The translations under genes were made by a program, and so were the position numbers. A stretch of DNA of 64,000 bases from an uncultured Verrucomicrobiae bacterium. GTDB lineage: Bacteria; Verrucomicrobiota; Verrucomicrobiia; Chthoniobacterales; UBA10450. The notes below the pieces were generated by a model. It did no database searches, had not been told where the DNA came from, and worked only from the letters and a program-made list of their open reading frames with translations. The DNA lies in the NCBI GenBank assembly GCA_963801815.1, contig CAWDGJ010000002.1, positions 842,989-906,988 of the forward strand, read 5' to 3'. Below are positions 1-8,480 of this stretch, one piece after another; position 1 is the first letter of the stretch; the number at the start of each line of letters is the position of its first letter.

Positions 1-336
1 GAAAAGTGCGTAGCCATATTTTTGTACGCCGGCCTGCAAGCCATAGGAAGCGGCGACGGTCCGATAGCGGCCGCTTGGTTGGCCGCGAACAAAGAGAACT
101 CCTTTGCCTCCTTGAGCGCCGACAACGAAGCCGGCTTTAACGACATTGGGAAAAACTAGAACCGCCAACGCTTTGGATTTGGCTTTGGCCGCACCTGGAT
201 TCTGATCCACCAGCTGTTGCAATGCGCGGCGGGAGTCGCTCGTTAGATCATCCGCGGACGCGGTGCTAAGGAACGCGATCGTGGCGAGCATCAAGCCAGC
301 CGCGTGCTTCCATTTCGATGTGCTGTTCATTTTCAT
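1..336 (-). CDS. Exported YSC84/SYLF-like lipid-binding protein (partial, runs off window)
   Basis: Manual translation MKMNSTSKWKHAAGLMLATIAFLSTASADD...LAVLVFPNVVKAGFVVGAQGGKGVLF...ASYGLQAGVQKYGYALF; signal peptide plus VFP-x-V-x-KAG..G..GG-x-G motif. Confidence 0.75.
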   Translation of the reverse strand, partial: MKMNSTSKWKHAAGLMLATIAFLSTASADDLTSDSRRALQQLVDQNPGAAKAKSKALAVLVFPNVVKAGFVVGAQGGKGVLFVRGQPSGRYRTVAASYGLQAGVQKYGYALF

Positions 337-423
337 ACATGTGTTTGTTTCTTTAGGTTGGTCGAGGTTCGCTAGTTGCATTCCGGAGGAACGTGTAATT
401 TCGATGGTGTGTGAAGATCTCAT

Positions 424-1410
424 TTAATCCTTACCGTCTTTGCCATATGTCCCCGCGACTGGTCCCGGTTGCGGTTTGGCCGTCGGGTAAAGAAGCGTGA
501 AGTTTAGGCGCAGACCCCAATCGGGACCGTAACGGGGCGTGTCGGCGTAATACTTTCCGCCCAGCTGAATGCTGACAGGTTGTTTCCCGATCTTCAGGAC
601 CTGGCTAATTTGGAAAATGAGCGGGATCGTCCACTTGGCGTCGCCCGGCGTGTTGTCCCAGTTGGCCGTGTCTTCCGAGCTAAGCGTGAAAGTGGTGTGC
701 GTCTTGGTTGTGTACGCGAGAAAAGGCTGGAGATACATTTGGCTGATGCTTTGTCGATGCTCCTCAATTGCGACCGACCAGAGCTGGTTCATCAGCACGC
801 CTGCGGTTAGCCCGCCCACTTGCTTCAGCACCACGACCGTGGGTCCGATGGAGAATGTGCCAGTGCCGAGAAATGGGTGGGTTCCCGTGGGATAAAGAAA
901 GGCGGGGCCGATGCCCCAGATCAGGCCAAACGGTCCCGGTTTCTTGGGGGAAAAGAAGAAGCTCTGCAGCGTGTCGCTCAAGCCGTCCTGCGAACGATTT
1001 TGCGCGGGCAAGTTCAAATTCTTCGGCACATTCTCGACGTAGAAAAGGTCGTGTTGCGAAACGACCGGGATGATTGTCCGCAGAATCAGATTCCAATCTT
1101 TGTTTAAGGAAATGGGAATGACTGGCTGAATGTTCAGCGTGAATTTGTAGCCGTTATGCGACGGCCCGTAGCCGAAGTCCTCGTTCGCTTGAAACGGTAC
1201 GCTGATTAACGAAGAGATCGGATTCGCCAGTTGCTTCGCCAGGTTCGTAGCTTCGTCGTCACCGGATTTTTCCGATGCGGCCTCGGTTGCTGTGACTTCA
1301 CCCAATGCCATTCCATTCGCGTCGACATTCGCGAGCTCGGTGGCGCGCAATTGATAAGTCGACAAAAGAAAGGCAGTGAAGATTGCGCTTGCGGTGCAGA
1401 AGGTTTTCAC
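424..1410 (-). CDS. Outer-membrane beta-barrel/transporter family often found with sulfatase clusters
   Basis: LAKQLANPISSLISVPFQ, LNIQPVIP, WGIGPAFLYPT, WGLRLNFTLLYP motifs; likely GTG start at 1410 gives a signal peptide (ORF open to 1479). Confidence 0.7.
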   Translation of the reverse strand: MKTFCTASAIFTAFLLSTYQLRATELANVDANGMALGEVTATEAASEKSGDDEATNLAKQLANPISSLISVPFQANEDFGYGPSHNGYKFTLNIQPVIPISLNKDWNLILRTIIPVVSQHDLFYVENVPKNLNLPAQNRSQDGLSDTLQSFFFSPKKPGPFGLIWGIGPAFLYPTGTHPFLGTGTFSIGPTVVVLKQVGGLTAGVLMNQLWSVAIEEHRQSISQMYLQPFLAYTTKTHTTFTLSSEDTANWDNTPGDAKWTIPLIFQISQVLKIGKQPVSIQLGGKYYADTPRYGPDWGLRLNFTLLYPTAKPQPGPVAGTYGKDGKD

Positions 1411-1499
1411 ACGTTCGTTCCGTTTGGCGAGTTGGGTCGGGCCAGGCGCTGGAGTTTCAGCACGCCCCGAGAGTGACAAAATCCTGTGAGAGGCGCATA

Positions 1500-1515
1500 T
1501 GGGACTTTGGTCCTA
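1500..1515. promoter_or_regulatory. Palindromic box TGGGAC-TTTG-GTCCTA
   Basis: Matches recurring 16-bp consensus; upstream of 424..1410. Confidence 0.7.
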
Positions 1516-1641
1516 CGCGTTCAGAAACCGCAAAGCCGGCAACGGAGTCGACGAGATTACCGGCTAATCCAAAAAAATCGCACAGCCTGGTTCGCTGCCC
1601 ACGCGAATTAGCGAACCGAAGTAATTGTAATTTTGCTGCGC

Positions 1642-2001
1642 TTAATTCTCAACTAATACCATCCTCTGGCCCTGCCAGATCGCGGTAAACGAATAGTTTT
1701 GTCCAGGCTGAACGTTGATCTCTTTTTGCCAGACCGGTGAGAAAACCAGATTCGGAACAACTGTCGCCGAAATCATATGGTGACCGGGTGCTAAATAGCC
1801 ATCATAACTCCGGCCCTCAACGAGACCGGCGACTTTCTTTCCATCGACTGAGAGCGAAAGGGAAATGGTGTCTCCGAAGTTCGCGACTCGCTTAACCATT
1901 AAGCGACCTCCCGAGGCCGCCGCGAAGGAAGACGTCACGCCAAGTAGAACCAATGAAAAGACGGTGACAACCAAAGCCGTGGTGATCGATTTAGATTTCA
2001 T
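1642..2001 (-). CDS. Small exported hypothetical protein
   Basis: Signal peptide MKSKSITTALVV...SFA; GAGGAG RBS upstream; beta-rich mature part. Confidence 0.7.
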   Translation of the reverse strand: MKSKSITTALVVTVFSLVLLGVTSSFAAASGGRLMVKRVANFGDTISLSLSVDGKKVAGLVEGRSYDGYLAPGHHMISATVVPNLVFSPVWQKEINVQPGQNYSFTAIWQGQRMVLVEN

Positions 2002-2050
2002 ATTCAAGCTCCTCTTCATTGACACTACCTTCATCAGGCTGGCATTCGTA

Positions 2051-2066
2051 TCCGACCTTAGGCCAA
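2051..2066. promoter_or_regulatory. Palindromic box TCCGAC-CTTA-GGCCAA
   Basis: Consensus match; minus-strand TAGTGT (2022-2027) lies 23 nt downstream. Confidence 0.6.
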
Positions 2067-2175
2067 TTCGAGGATGGCAGCGGCCAACGCACGAGTAGTC
2101 GCCGCCATTTACAGCGGTTCGTTGGTGGATTCGTTGTCCTTCTGATGTTGCCGTGGATCCTGATCTAGATCGAAA

Positions 2176-2613
2176 TTACTCGTCCCCGGTAGTATTCATC
2201 GGTCCGAGTCCGTCGAATTGTTCAATTCGGACATGATTGGGTCCGGCAGTTTCAGTAACCATATCGGGGCGATCCTGCATCTCTTGTTGAACCCGACGGG
2301 TGTTCTCTGCCCTGCTAAGTGTCTGTTTGTAGGCATCGAATTGCTGCTGTTTGCCGACATAGATCTGATCTTTCTGGGTAGTCCGATACACGTAGAACAA
2401 CTTATGTTCATACGTGACGGCCCACACTTGCCCTTCCGGCAGGCTCTCGACTTGCTCTCGCTGCCGCTGGGTTGTGACCGTCTTGAGACGGAATCCCGAT
2501 TGCGAGAGTAACATTTCTTTAGTGGCGCTCCCTCCGGCCAATAGGGTTGTCGCTGTTCCTAACGCCAGAATAGCTGCGGCACTAATAACAACTAACGTAG
2601 TTAATCGCTTCAT
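2176..2613 (-). CDS. Exported hypothetical protein
   Basis: 145 aa, signal peptide, AAAGGA RBS. Confidence 0.7.
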   Translation of the reverse strand: MKRLTTLVVISAAAILALGTATTLLAGGSATKEMLLSQSGFRLKTVTTQRQREQVESLPEGQVWAVTYEHKLFYVYRTTQKDQIYVGKQQQFDAYKQTLSRAENTRRVQQEMQDRPDMVTETAGPNHVRIEQFDGLGPMNTTGDE

Positions 2614-2731
2614 GATTTATCCTTTGTTCGTTTCTATTTGTTTATGCTTGCCGACGTACAATTTCCGATTGCAGAGAACTTTGCACGGCGAACGTCGTTC
2701 TTGCTATGAGACGTTGGTCTGATCCCAGGCG

Positions 2732-2929
2732 TCATGCGGGTACGGCGTGTGGGCGTCGAAAGGCCGTCACAGAATTCTTGCCGTTTAGGGTCTTGCGGCT
2801 TTTCCGTATTGAATTCCTTCGCTGTAAGCGAGGTCTCGATACTCGGAGAATTAATGGCAGTATTAGCGCTGATGCACCGGCAAGGACCGTGGCGCCAGCA
2901 ATGAGCGCGATGAGTTTGATATTCTTCAT
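2732..2929 (-). CDS. Small membrane-anchored basic protein (hypothetical)
   Basis: 65 aa, hydrophobic N-terminus, Arg/Lys-rich tail; preceded by a near-perfect box. Confidence 0.45.
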   Translation of the reverse strand: MKNIKLIALIAGATVLAGASALILPLILRVSRPRLQRRNSIRKSRKTLNGKNSVTAFRRPHAVPA

Positions 2930-3003
2930 ATATATATGTGCGTGGTTGTGACTTTTCTGGTTTCCTTCGCGCTAACTATTCCCAACTCGGGAGCAGTCGC
3001 ATG

Positions 3004-3019
3004 TTGGACCAAAGTCCAA
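3004..3019. promoter_or_regulatory. Palindromic box TTGGAC-CAAA-GTCCAA
   Basis: Perfect 6-bp arms. Confidence 0.75.
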
Positions 3020-3070
3020 TCCCGTGCTTCGGCGTTCCTTTTAGTCCGGGATGAGTGCTGTCGGGATTGG

Positions 3071-3790
3071 TTAAAAGTGGAAGCGGATGCCAGCGCCTAC
3101 CAATTGCTGACCAACCTGCTTATTGCCGTTGCCGACATCCAAAGCGACATAGTCGAGGAATTTGTACTCCACGAATGTGCTCCACTTGCATGTCCAGTAA
3201 TAATCGGCACCAGCGACCACATCAAAGGCCAATGAGCCACTGTCGGCACCGCCGCCGGTGGAAAAAGTATTACCGGTGCGGTTGATCGTAATATCACTGC
3301 CCGCGGCCGCGGCATAGTACGCTCCCACGCCTCCTCCGGCGTAGGGCTGAAACTTCCCGAATGCGAACCGCGCGATAAAATTCGTCAGGAAAGCCCCGGA
3401 ATTGATCAGATTGCTGCTATGCGCCACCTCGGTGCCATTTAGTTTGACGTGAATGTCGGTGCCGATGCCGTTATAAAAAAGATCCTCCTCGATCGTCGGA
3501 CGAAATGTTCCGGTACCGAAAACGTATCCGACTTTTACTCCTCCGAAGCCGCCGATATTTTGGTCTCGCGAGATGCGAATGTCGTCGCCATTGCTAAAAA
3601 CAAAGTCACGACTTGTGGCAACATCCTGATAGACATTGGCGCCGCCTTCGAGGGCGACGTACCACCCGGTGCCAAAAGGACACTCCACCGTAGGTGCAGT
3701 GGCCACGTGCTTGAAGTCGGGCGAACCGGCAAAAACCGAGCCGCCGAAAAGAACGCAAATGGCAATTGAGAAGAGGATGTTTCGTTTCAT
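3071..3790 (-). CDS. Outer-membrane beta-barrel protein (OmpA/Omp25-like)
   Basis: Start MKRNILFS signal peptide; GWYVALEGG, FQPYAGGGVG, C-terminal GIRFHF. Confidence 0.8.
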   Translation of the reverse strand: MKRNILFSIAICVLFGGSVFAGSPDFKHVATAPTVECPFGTGWYVALEGGANVYQDVATSRDFVFSNGDDIRISRDQNIGGFGGVKVGYVFGTGTFRPTIEEDLFYNGIGTDIHVKLNGTEVAHSSNLINSGAFLTNFIARFAFGKFQPYAGGGVGAYYAAAAGSDITINRTGNTFSTGGGADSGSLAFDVVAGADYYWTCKWSTFVEYKFLDYVALDVGNGNKQVGQQLVGAGIRFHF

Positions 3791-3827
3791 AATTTCCCAT
3801 CCTCGGTGTCCGCCAATGCTGTTGCCA

Positions 3828-3843
3828 TGGGACCTTAGTCGTA
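3828..3843. promoter_or_regulatory. Palindromic box TGGGAC-CTTA-GTCGTA
   Basis: Consensus match about 38 bp upstream of the 3790 start. Confidence 0.7.
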
Positions 3844-3923
3844 TGCTCCGAATCGTTGAGTCGCCTCGGATGGTTAAGCCAGACGTTAAGTCGAATCCCC
3901 GCTTAGATATCGCGAGAGGCTCC

Positions 3924-4298
3924 CTACGACGACATCGCTTTCTGAACGAGCTGCACCAGAACCTCGTCTTCGAAAGGTTTGGTGAGAAAGCCGAAAGCTC
4001 CTGAATTAAGCGCGGCTTCATGCACCGCGGGATCGTCGCGCCCGGTGAGAAAAATAATGCGCGTTTCCGGCGAGTCTCGCCGGAGGCGAGCCTGTACTTT
4101 CAAACCGTTCATCTGGGGCATCCATACGTCGAGGATTGCGACGCGACACTTGGCATGTTTGAGGTTAGCTAGGAAGGCGTCCGGATTGCTAAACACCTCT
4201 GCAATCAAACCAGCCGACCTCAGTAAACGGCCAAGCGCCTTGAGCATCGAAAGATCGTCGTCAAGGAGCCAAATGGAATCCCGGTCAGAACCGCTCAA
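3924..4298 (-). CDS. Single-domain response regulator receiver
   Basis: LLDDD, ILDVWMP, FLTG, LTKPF motifs. Confidence 0.9.
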   Translation of the reverse strand: MSGSDRDSIWLLDDDLSMLKALGRLLRSAGLIAEVFSNPDAFLANLKHAKCRVAILDVWMPQMNGLKVQARLRRDSPETRIIFLTGRDDPAVHEAALNSGAFGFLTKPFEDEVLVQLVQKAMSS

Positions 4299-4422
4299 AG
4301 GTCTGCCCTTCGCACCCGCGTCGTCTGGAATTTTAAAGAAAAGGGGTACATTTGCGGTACCAATTTATCAATAGGACCGGAGAACATTTGCTACACTAAA
4401 GGTTCCATTGACGCGTTACCTA

Positions 4423-4438
4423 TGAGACCATGGTCTCA
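4423..4438. promoter_or_regulatory. Palindromic box TGAGAC-CATG-GTCTCA
   Basis: Perfect palindrome (18 bp with flanks 4422-4439); minus-strand TAGTGT 24 nt downstream. Confidence 0.75.
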
Positions 4439-4518
4439 TCCCGCTGAGCACGTAGCACTGCCGTGCTTTTTCGCCAACGGGCATTTGGCTGTATTCAGGT
4501 TCTGACTCGCTCTCCCTG

Positions 4519-6981
4519 CTATTGTTCTCTGACTGTGGAGTTGTCTTGTTTCTTCTGCGGTAGACGAACTGTAAAACATGCGCCACCGCCCTCACAATTT
4601 TCTGCTGAGAGGGTCCCGCTGTGTGCCTCGATAAGGCTGCAAGCAATCGCCAGTCCCATTCCGGTTCCCTCGGCTTTTGTCGAAAAGAATGGCTCGAACA
4701 GCTGTTGAGCCATTCCGCTGGGAAAGCCGGGACCAGAATCACGGAAGCTGACGAGAATGTCTCCATTTTCACTATGGGCCGCATGAATAACAAGGCGCCG
4801 CGCGTTGGAGGGCACAGCGGTCATTGCTTCAAATGCGTTGAGCGTGAGATTGAGAAAGACTTGCAAGAGCTGCACCGGATCTCCCCAAACCTGGCCCACG
4901 CCGGGATTAACTTCGGTTACCACTTTCACATCTCGTTCAATGGCATCAGCGTGCACGATACGAAGAAGCTGTTGGATGATGTCCTCGATCTGGATTAACT
5001 CGCGGCGGGCTTCGCCTTTGCGAACCAGGTTGCGAATGCCCTGAATAACTTCACCGGCCCGGCGACCGTCAGTCACGATATCGGCCAGCAACTCAGTCAA
5101 GTCATCGACTTTGATTTTGCCGGCGGCGAGTAGGCGTTGCCCGGCGCTGGCATTCGCTACCATCGCGCCAACCGGATTGTTGACTTCGTGCGCGAGTGAA
5201 GCCGCCAGTTCGCCCATTACGGCGACGCGTCCCACCCGCGCCAATTCCAGGTTTTGGCGCTGATGCTGCAACTCCGCCTGCTTGCGTTCGGTGATGTCAA
5301 TGCAAGAGCCGATGTAACCAAGGAACTCGCCGTCGGGGGCAAACCGCGGTGTTCCAGTATCCAGAACGAGGCGATATTCGCCGTCACTTCGCCGCAAGCG
5401 ATACTCCATTGTGAAAGGCTGCCGGGCATCGAAGGAACGTGCATAAATCTGCATGCAGCGGTCGATGTCTTCCCGATGCACGCCCTCCGCCCACTTATTG
5501 CCAAGCTCCTCTTCCAGTGTTCGCCCGGTAAAATCGAGCCAGCCTTTATTGAAGAAGGTGCAAAGCCTGTCTGGACCCGACACCCAGATCATGACTGGCG
5601 CCGTGTTGGCCATGGCGCGAAAACGAGCCTCGCTTTCCAGGAGTTCTTCCTCCGCATGTTTGCGGAGTGTGATGTCGCGCGACACCCCGCGCGCAAAGGC
5701 CGGTTTGCCACGTTCGTCTAACTCGACGGTTCCATAACCCGAGATCCAGCGCGTGCTTCCGTCCGGCAGCTTAATGCGATATTCGCTTTCATTCTCGCCA
5801 CCGTGCTTGAACATGCTCTGCACAAGTTGCTTCATACGTTCGCGATCCTCCGGGTGCACGACTTGGAGCAATCGGTCAAAGGCCACTGGCTCCGAATCCG
5901 TGAAGCCGAACAACTCTCTCCATTTCTCCGTTACCCAAAGTTCCTTATCCTGAACGTTGCAATGCCACAGACCAAGATGCGCCGCGTTAGCCGCGAGGTT
6001 AATCCTCGCCTCGCTTTCCCGGAGAACATTTGTGCTCTTACGCCGTTCCTCGATAAGCACGGTAAGAAACATTAATGGAAGCGAAATCGTGATAAGAAAC
6101 AATTGGAGCGAGAGCACGTTATCCACCAACATCGTTGTGACAAAAGGTCCGTGACCTTCGACCGCACCAGAGATGGATAAGAACGCGACGAGCAGGAGAG
6201 ACGTCAGGAGCCCAGTCGGACCGAATCGAACCGCGGCCCAAAGAAGCGCCGGCAGCGGCAAATAAAGTAGCGCCGGAGAGGTGTGTTGCCCTGACGTAGG
6301 CTTGATGAAAACGAAAACGCTGATTGCCAGTAACCCGCATCCCACAAGGGCAGCTTCGATGCAGCGAGCAAGAGAAACTTTCCTGAGAGCCGCCCGACCG
6401 CTGGCGATCCAGGTCATGATGGCCGGGGCCAACGTCAGAAAGGAAATGACATCCCCTAGGAACCAAACGCGCCAATCGAACCAGTAATTCCCTCCTGCAC
6501 GATTGAACGCTCCTACGAATGCCGAGATGAAAGGAGCAAGAACGACTGCAAAAAGGATATAGGCCACAAGGCCTCGCAGGTTGCTGAAAGCGCGAAGACC
6601 ACCGGCTAAACGACGCACGCTGACCGTCGCGATGAGAACTTCAATCGTGTTGCCGATGAGGAAGCACAAGATCGCCCGAGGTGTGTCACCTATCTGTAGG
6701 TCGACGATGATGTTAGAGAGCAACCAGACAAGAATATATATTGTCCAAGTCCGAACTGGCGCCCATACCAACACCGAGAAAAGGATTGCGCTTGCTGGCC
6801 ACAGAGGCGCTATGTGATAAGGCTTAATCCGAAACGCAAGAGCGAACCTGGCGCAAACATACGTGACGGCTCCGACGATCAGTGCGTTAAGCAGTAGCCG
6901 GATGACGTCAGCCCTAGCCGGGACGTTTTCGCTGCTCGCGTCGTTTGGCGAACTCATCGTGACTTGTTCGCGACGAATCAT
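4519..6981 (-). CDS. MASE1-PAS-PAS sensor histidine kinase
   Basis: MASE1-like TM region (LWPA, LLWAAVRFG), two PAS/PAC domains, H-box LAHEVNNP, N and G boxes (DSGPG, GTGMGL). Confidence 0.92.
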   Translation of the reverse strand: MIRREQVTMSSPNDASSENVPARADVIRLLLNALIVGAVTYVCARFALAFRIKPYHIAPLWPASAILFSVLVWAPVRTWTIYILVWLLSNIIVDLQIGDTPRAILCFLIGNTIEVLIATVSVRRLAGGLRAFSNLRGLVAYILFAVVLAPFISAFVGAFNRAGGNYWFDWRVWFLGDVISFLTLAPAIMTWIASGRAALRKVSLARCIEAALVGCGLLAISVFVFIKPTSGQHTSPALLYLPLPALLWAAVRFGPTGLLTSLLLVAFLSISGAVEGHGPFVTTMLVDNVLSLQLFLITISLPLMFLTVLIEERRKSTNVLRESEARINLAANAAHLGLWHCNVQDKELWVTEKWRELFGFTDSEPVAFDRLLQVVHPEDRERMKQLVQSMFKHGGENESEYRIKLPDGSTRWISGYGTVELDERGKPAFARGVSRDITLRKHAEEELLESEARFRAMANTAPVMIWVSGPDRLCTFFNKGWLDFTGRTLEEELGNKWAEGVHREDIDRCMQIYARSFDARQPFTMEYRLRRSDGEYRLVLDTGTPRFAPDGEFLGYIGSCIDITERKQAELQHQRQNLELARVGRVAVMGELAASLAHEVNNPVGAMVANASAGQRLLAAGKIKVDDLTELLADIVTDGRRAGEVIQGIRNLVRKGEARRELIQIEDIIQQLLRIVHADAIERDVKVVTEVNPGVGQVWGDPVQLLQVFLNLTLNAFEAMTAVPSNARRLVIHAAHSENGDILVSFRDSGPGFPSGMAQQLFEPFFSTKAEGTGMGLAIACSLIEAHSGTLSAENCEGGGACFTVRLPQKKQDNSTVREQ

Positions 6982-7233
6982 GCTGCCTTTGATTTTTCCT
7001 CCCGGCTCATTGGCGGAGATGCCGCTGTTCGGATTTGGATAACACCGGCGATTTCTTTGAAGGTTGCGACGTCGCCTCGGCCGAGGCTAGTGAAACTAGA
7101 AACTTTCGCTGGCGCGATTAAATGCTGCATAACGCGCGTGGGCTCGTTGGAATGATAAGGAGAACGACACTGAATGTAAATTCATATCGAGGCCGAATCC
7201 TGTTCATTTCGTCGGCGGCCAAACCCGACAAAT

Positions 7234-7686
7234 TTAGCGCACTGCTACTTCCGTCGAGTGCGGCTCGCCTTGGGCTATCAGTGTTTCAACGGGAACACCG
7301 AGCCATTTCGCGGCGACTTGGCGGTCCTCGAACATTTCGACTTCCAAAGACGAGTAATCAGTCATGAGAGCGTGGATTTTAACGAGATGCGCCGCTTCCG
7401 GATGCGTGACGTAAAACGCGGACTTTATCGGCTCACGCCCGGCATAGGAAAGACGCCGGTAAAGAGCGATATGAAAAACATACTTGAAGGTCAGATGGAA
7501 AGACTCAACAGCCGAGAGATCACAAAAGCGATTGAACGGGAGAGCGGCCATGGTTTCTCTTCTGAGCAGCTTCACCAGGACTTTGTTTACAGCTGCTTCA
7601 TCAAGAATGCCGCGCGGCCTCCAGACAAAGAGGTGTAAATCTTCGTGGAACAGAACATCTGGCGCGGTTTCCTGCTCTCGGATCAC
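7234..7686 (-). CDS. Hypothetical protein, possible STAS/SEC14 (SpoIIAA-like) fold; paralog of 28128..28595
   Basis: Shared motifs RPRGxLxEAAxNK, PFxRFxD, HxxLYRRLxYAGRxPIKSA, FExRxxAAxWLG. Confidence 0.7.
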   Translation of the reverse strand: MIREQETAPDVLFHEDLHLFVWRPRGILDEAAVNKVLVKLLRRETMAALPFNRFCDLSAVESFHLTFKYVFHIALYRRLSYAGREPIKSAFYVTHPEAAHLVKIHALMTDYSSLEVEMFEDRQVAAKWLGVPVETLIAQGEPHSTEVAVR

Positions 7687-7724
7687 ATCGTACGTTCACT
7701 AGCCCCAGTCGCCCCCTAGGTCTA

Positions 7725-7740
7725 TTGGACCTTAGTCTCA
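7725..7740. promoter_or_regulatory. Palindromic box TTGGAC-CTTA-GTCTCA
   Basis: Consensus match about 39 bp upstream of 7686. Confidence 0.7.
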
Positions 7741-7835
7741 TCCTCGCGGCCGCCGGATCACTGTTACCATTGGCCCCGATTGCGGTGGCCGAATTGGAAG
7801 TATCTTCCGTCATCCTGTTTCTTGCCTGAATCCCC

Positions 7836-8096
7836 ATGTCTGCTGAAGTTAACGACGAAATCGAATTGGAGCTGGCACATGTCCTCTTCATCGACATCGT
7901 CGGCTACTCGAAGCGTTTGATTAACGAGCAACGTGCGTTGCTGAATACACTCAATCAAATCGTCCGCAGCGCCGACAAGTTTCGCGAAGCGGAAGCGGGC
8001 GGTCGCTTGAAAAGAATTCCTACCAACGACGGCCTAGCCCCATCTCCGTTAACTCGTGCAACAATGTTTGGTTCCGCGTCTTTGTGTTGTCCTTAG
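7836..8096 (+). pseudogene. Truncated class III adenylate/guanylate cyclase N-terminus
   Basis: LAHVLFIDIVGYSKRL...LKRIPTNDG, then unrelated sequence and stop at 86 aa. Confidence 0.7.
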
Positions 8097-8476
8097 GGCT
8101 TTTGGGGAGCGAACAAGAGGCACGGGACACACCAGACTGCCATAGCCGCGTGGAGAAGCACGGCCGGCCAGAGCGCGATTCCTCGCAATCCCAAACCAAC
8201 GCCGGCCAAAGTGAGGAGCGCGGCAACAGCAACGTTGTAGAGGAACATGGCCGCGACTAGTCCCCGCGCCGCGCGGCTGTGTGTATCATCGCGCGCAAGC
8301 CAACAGGCGACACCTAGCGCGAGCAGCGCGACTCCGGCCACGCGCCCGAGCATCGTTGCGACGGATGTGTCAAGCGGCGAACCGAGCAATAGTCTGACGA
8401 CAAAGGATGGCGCGGCCATCAGCCCCAATCCCGTAGGCATTTCAATGATGGCGCTAATCCTCAACAGTTTCTTCAT
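8093..8476 (-). CDS. Small 4-TM membrane protein
   Basis: 127 aa hydrophobic ORF starting 4 bp after the sulfatase stop. Confidence 0.75.
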   Translation of the reverse strand: MKKLLRISAIIEMPTGLGLMAAPSFVVRLLLGSPLDTSVATMLGRVAGVALLALGVACWLARDDTHSRAARGLVAAMFLYNVAVAALLTLAGVGLGLRGIALWPAVLLHAAMAVWCVPCLLFAPQKP

Positions 8477-8480
8477 CCAG

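Noticed and set aside
3791..4021. N-terminal extension of the beta-barrel ORF
   Set aside because: Overlaps the receiver gene and the box; the signal peptide starts at 3790
6978..7130. 50-codon minus-strand ORF ending in an ATGA overlap with the MASE1 kinase
   Set aside because: No motif or RBS support; could be chance
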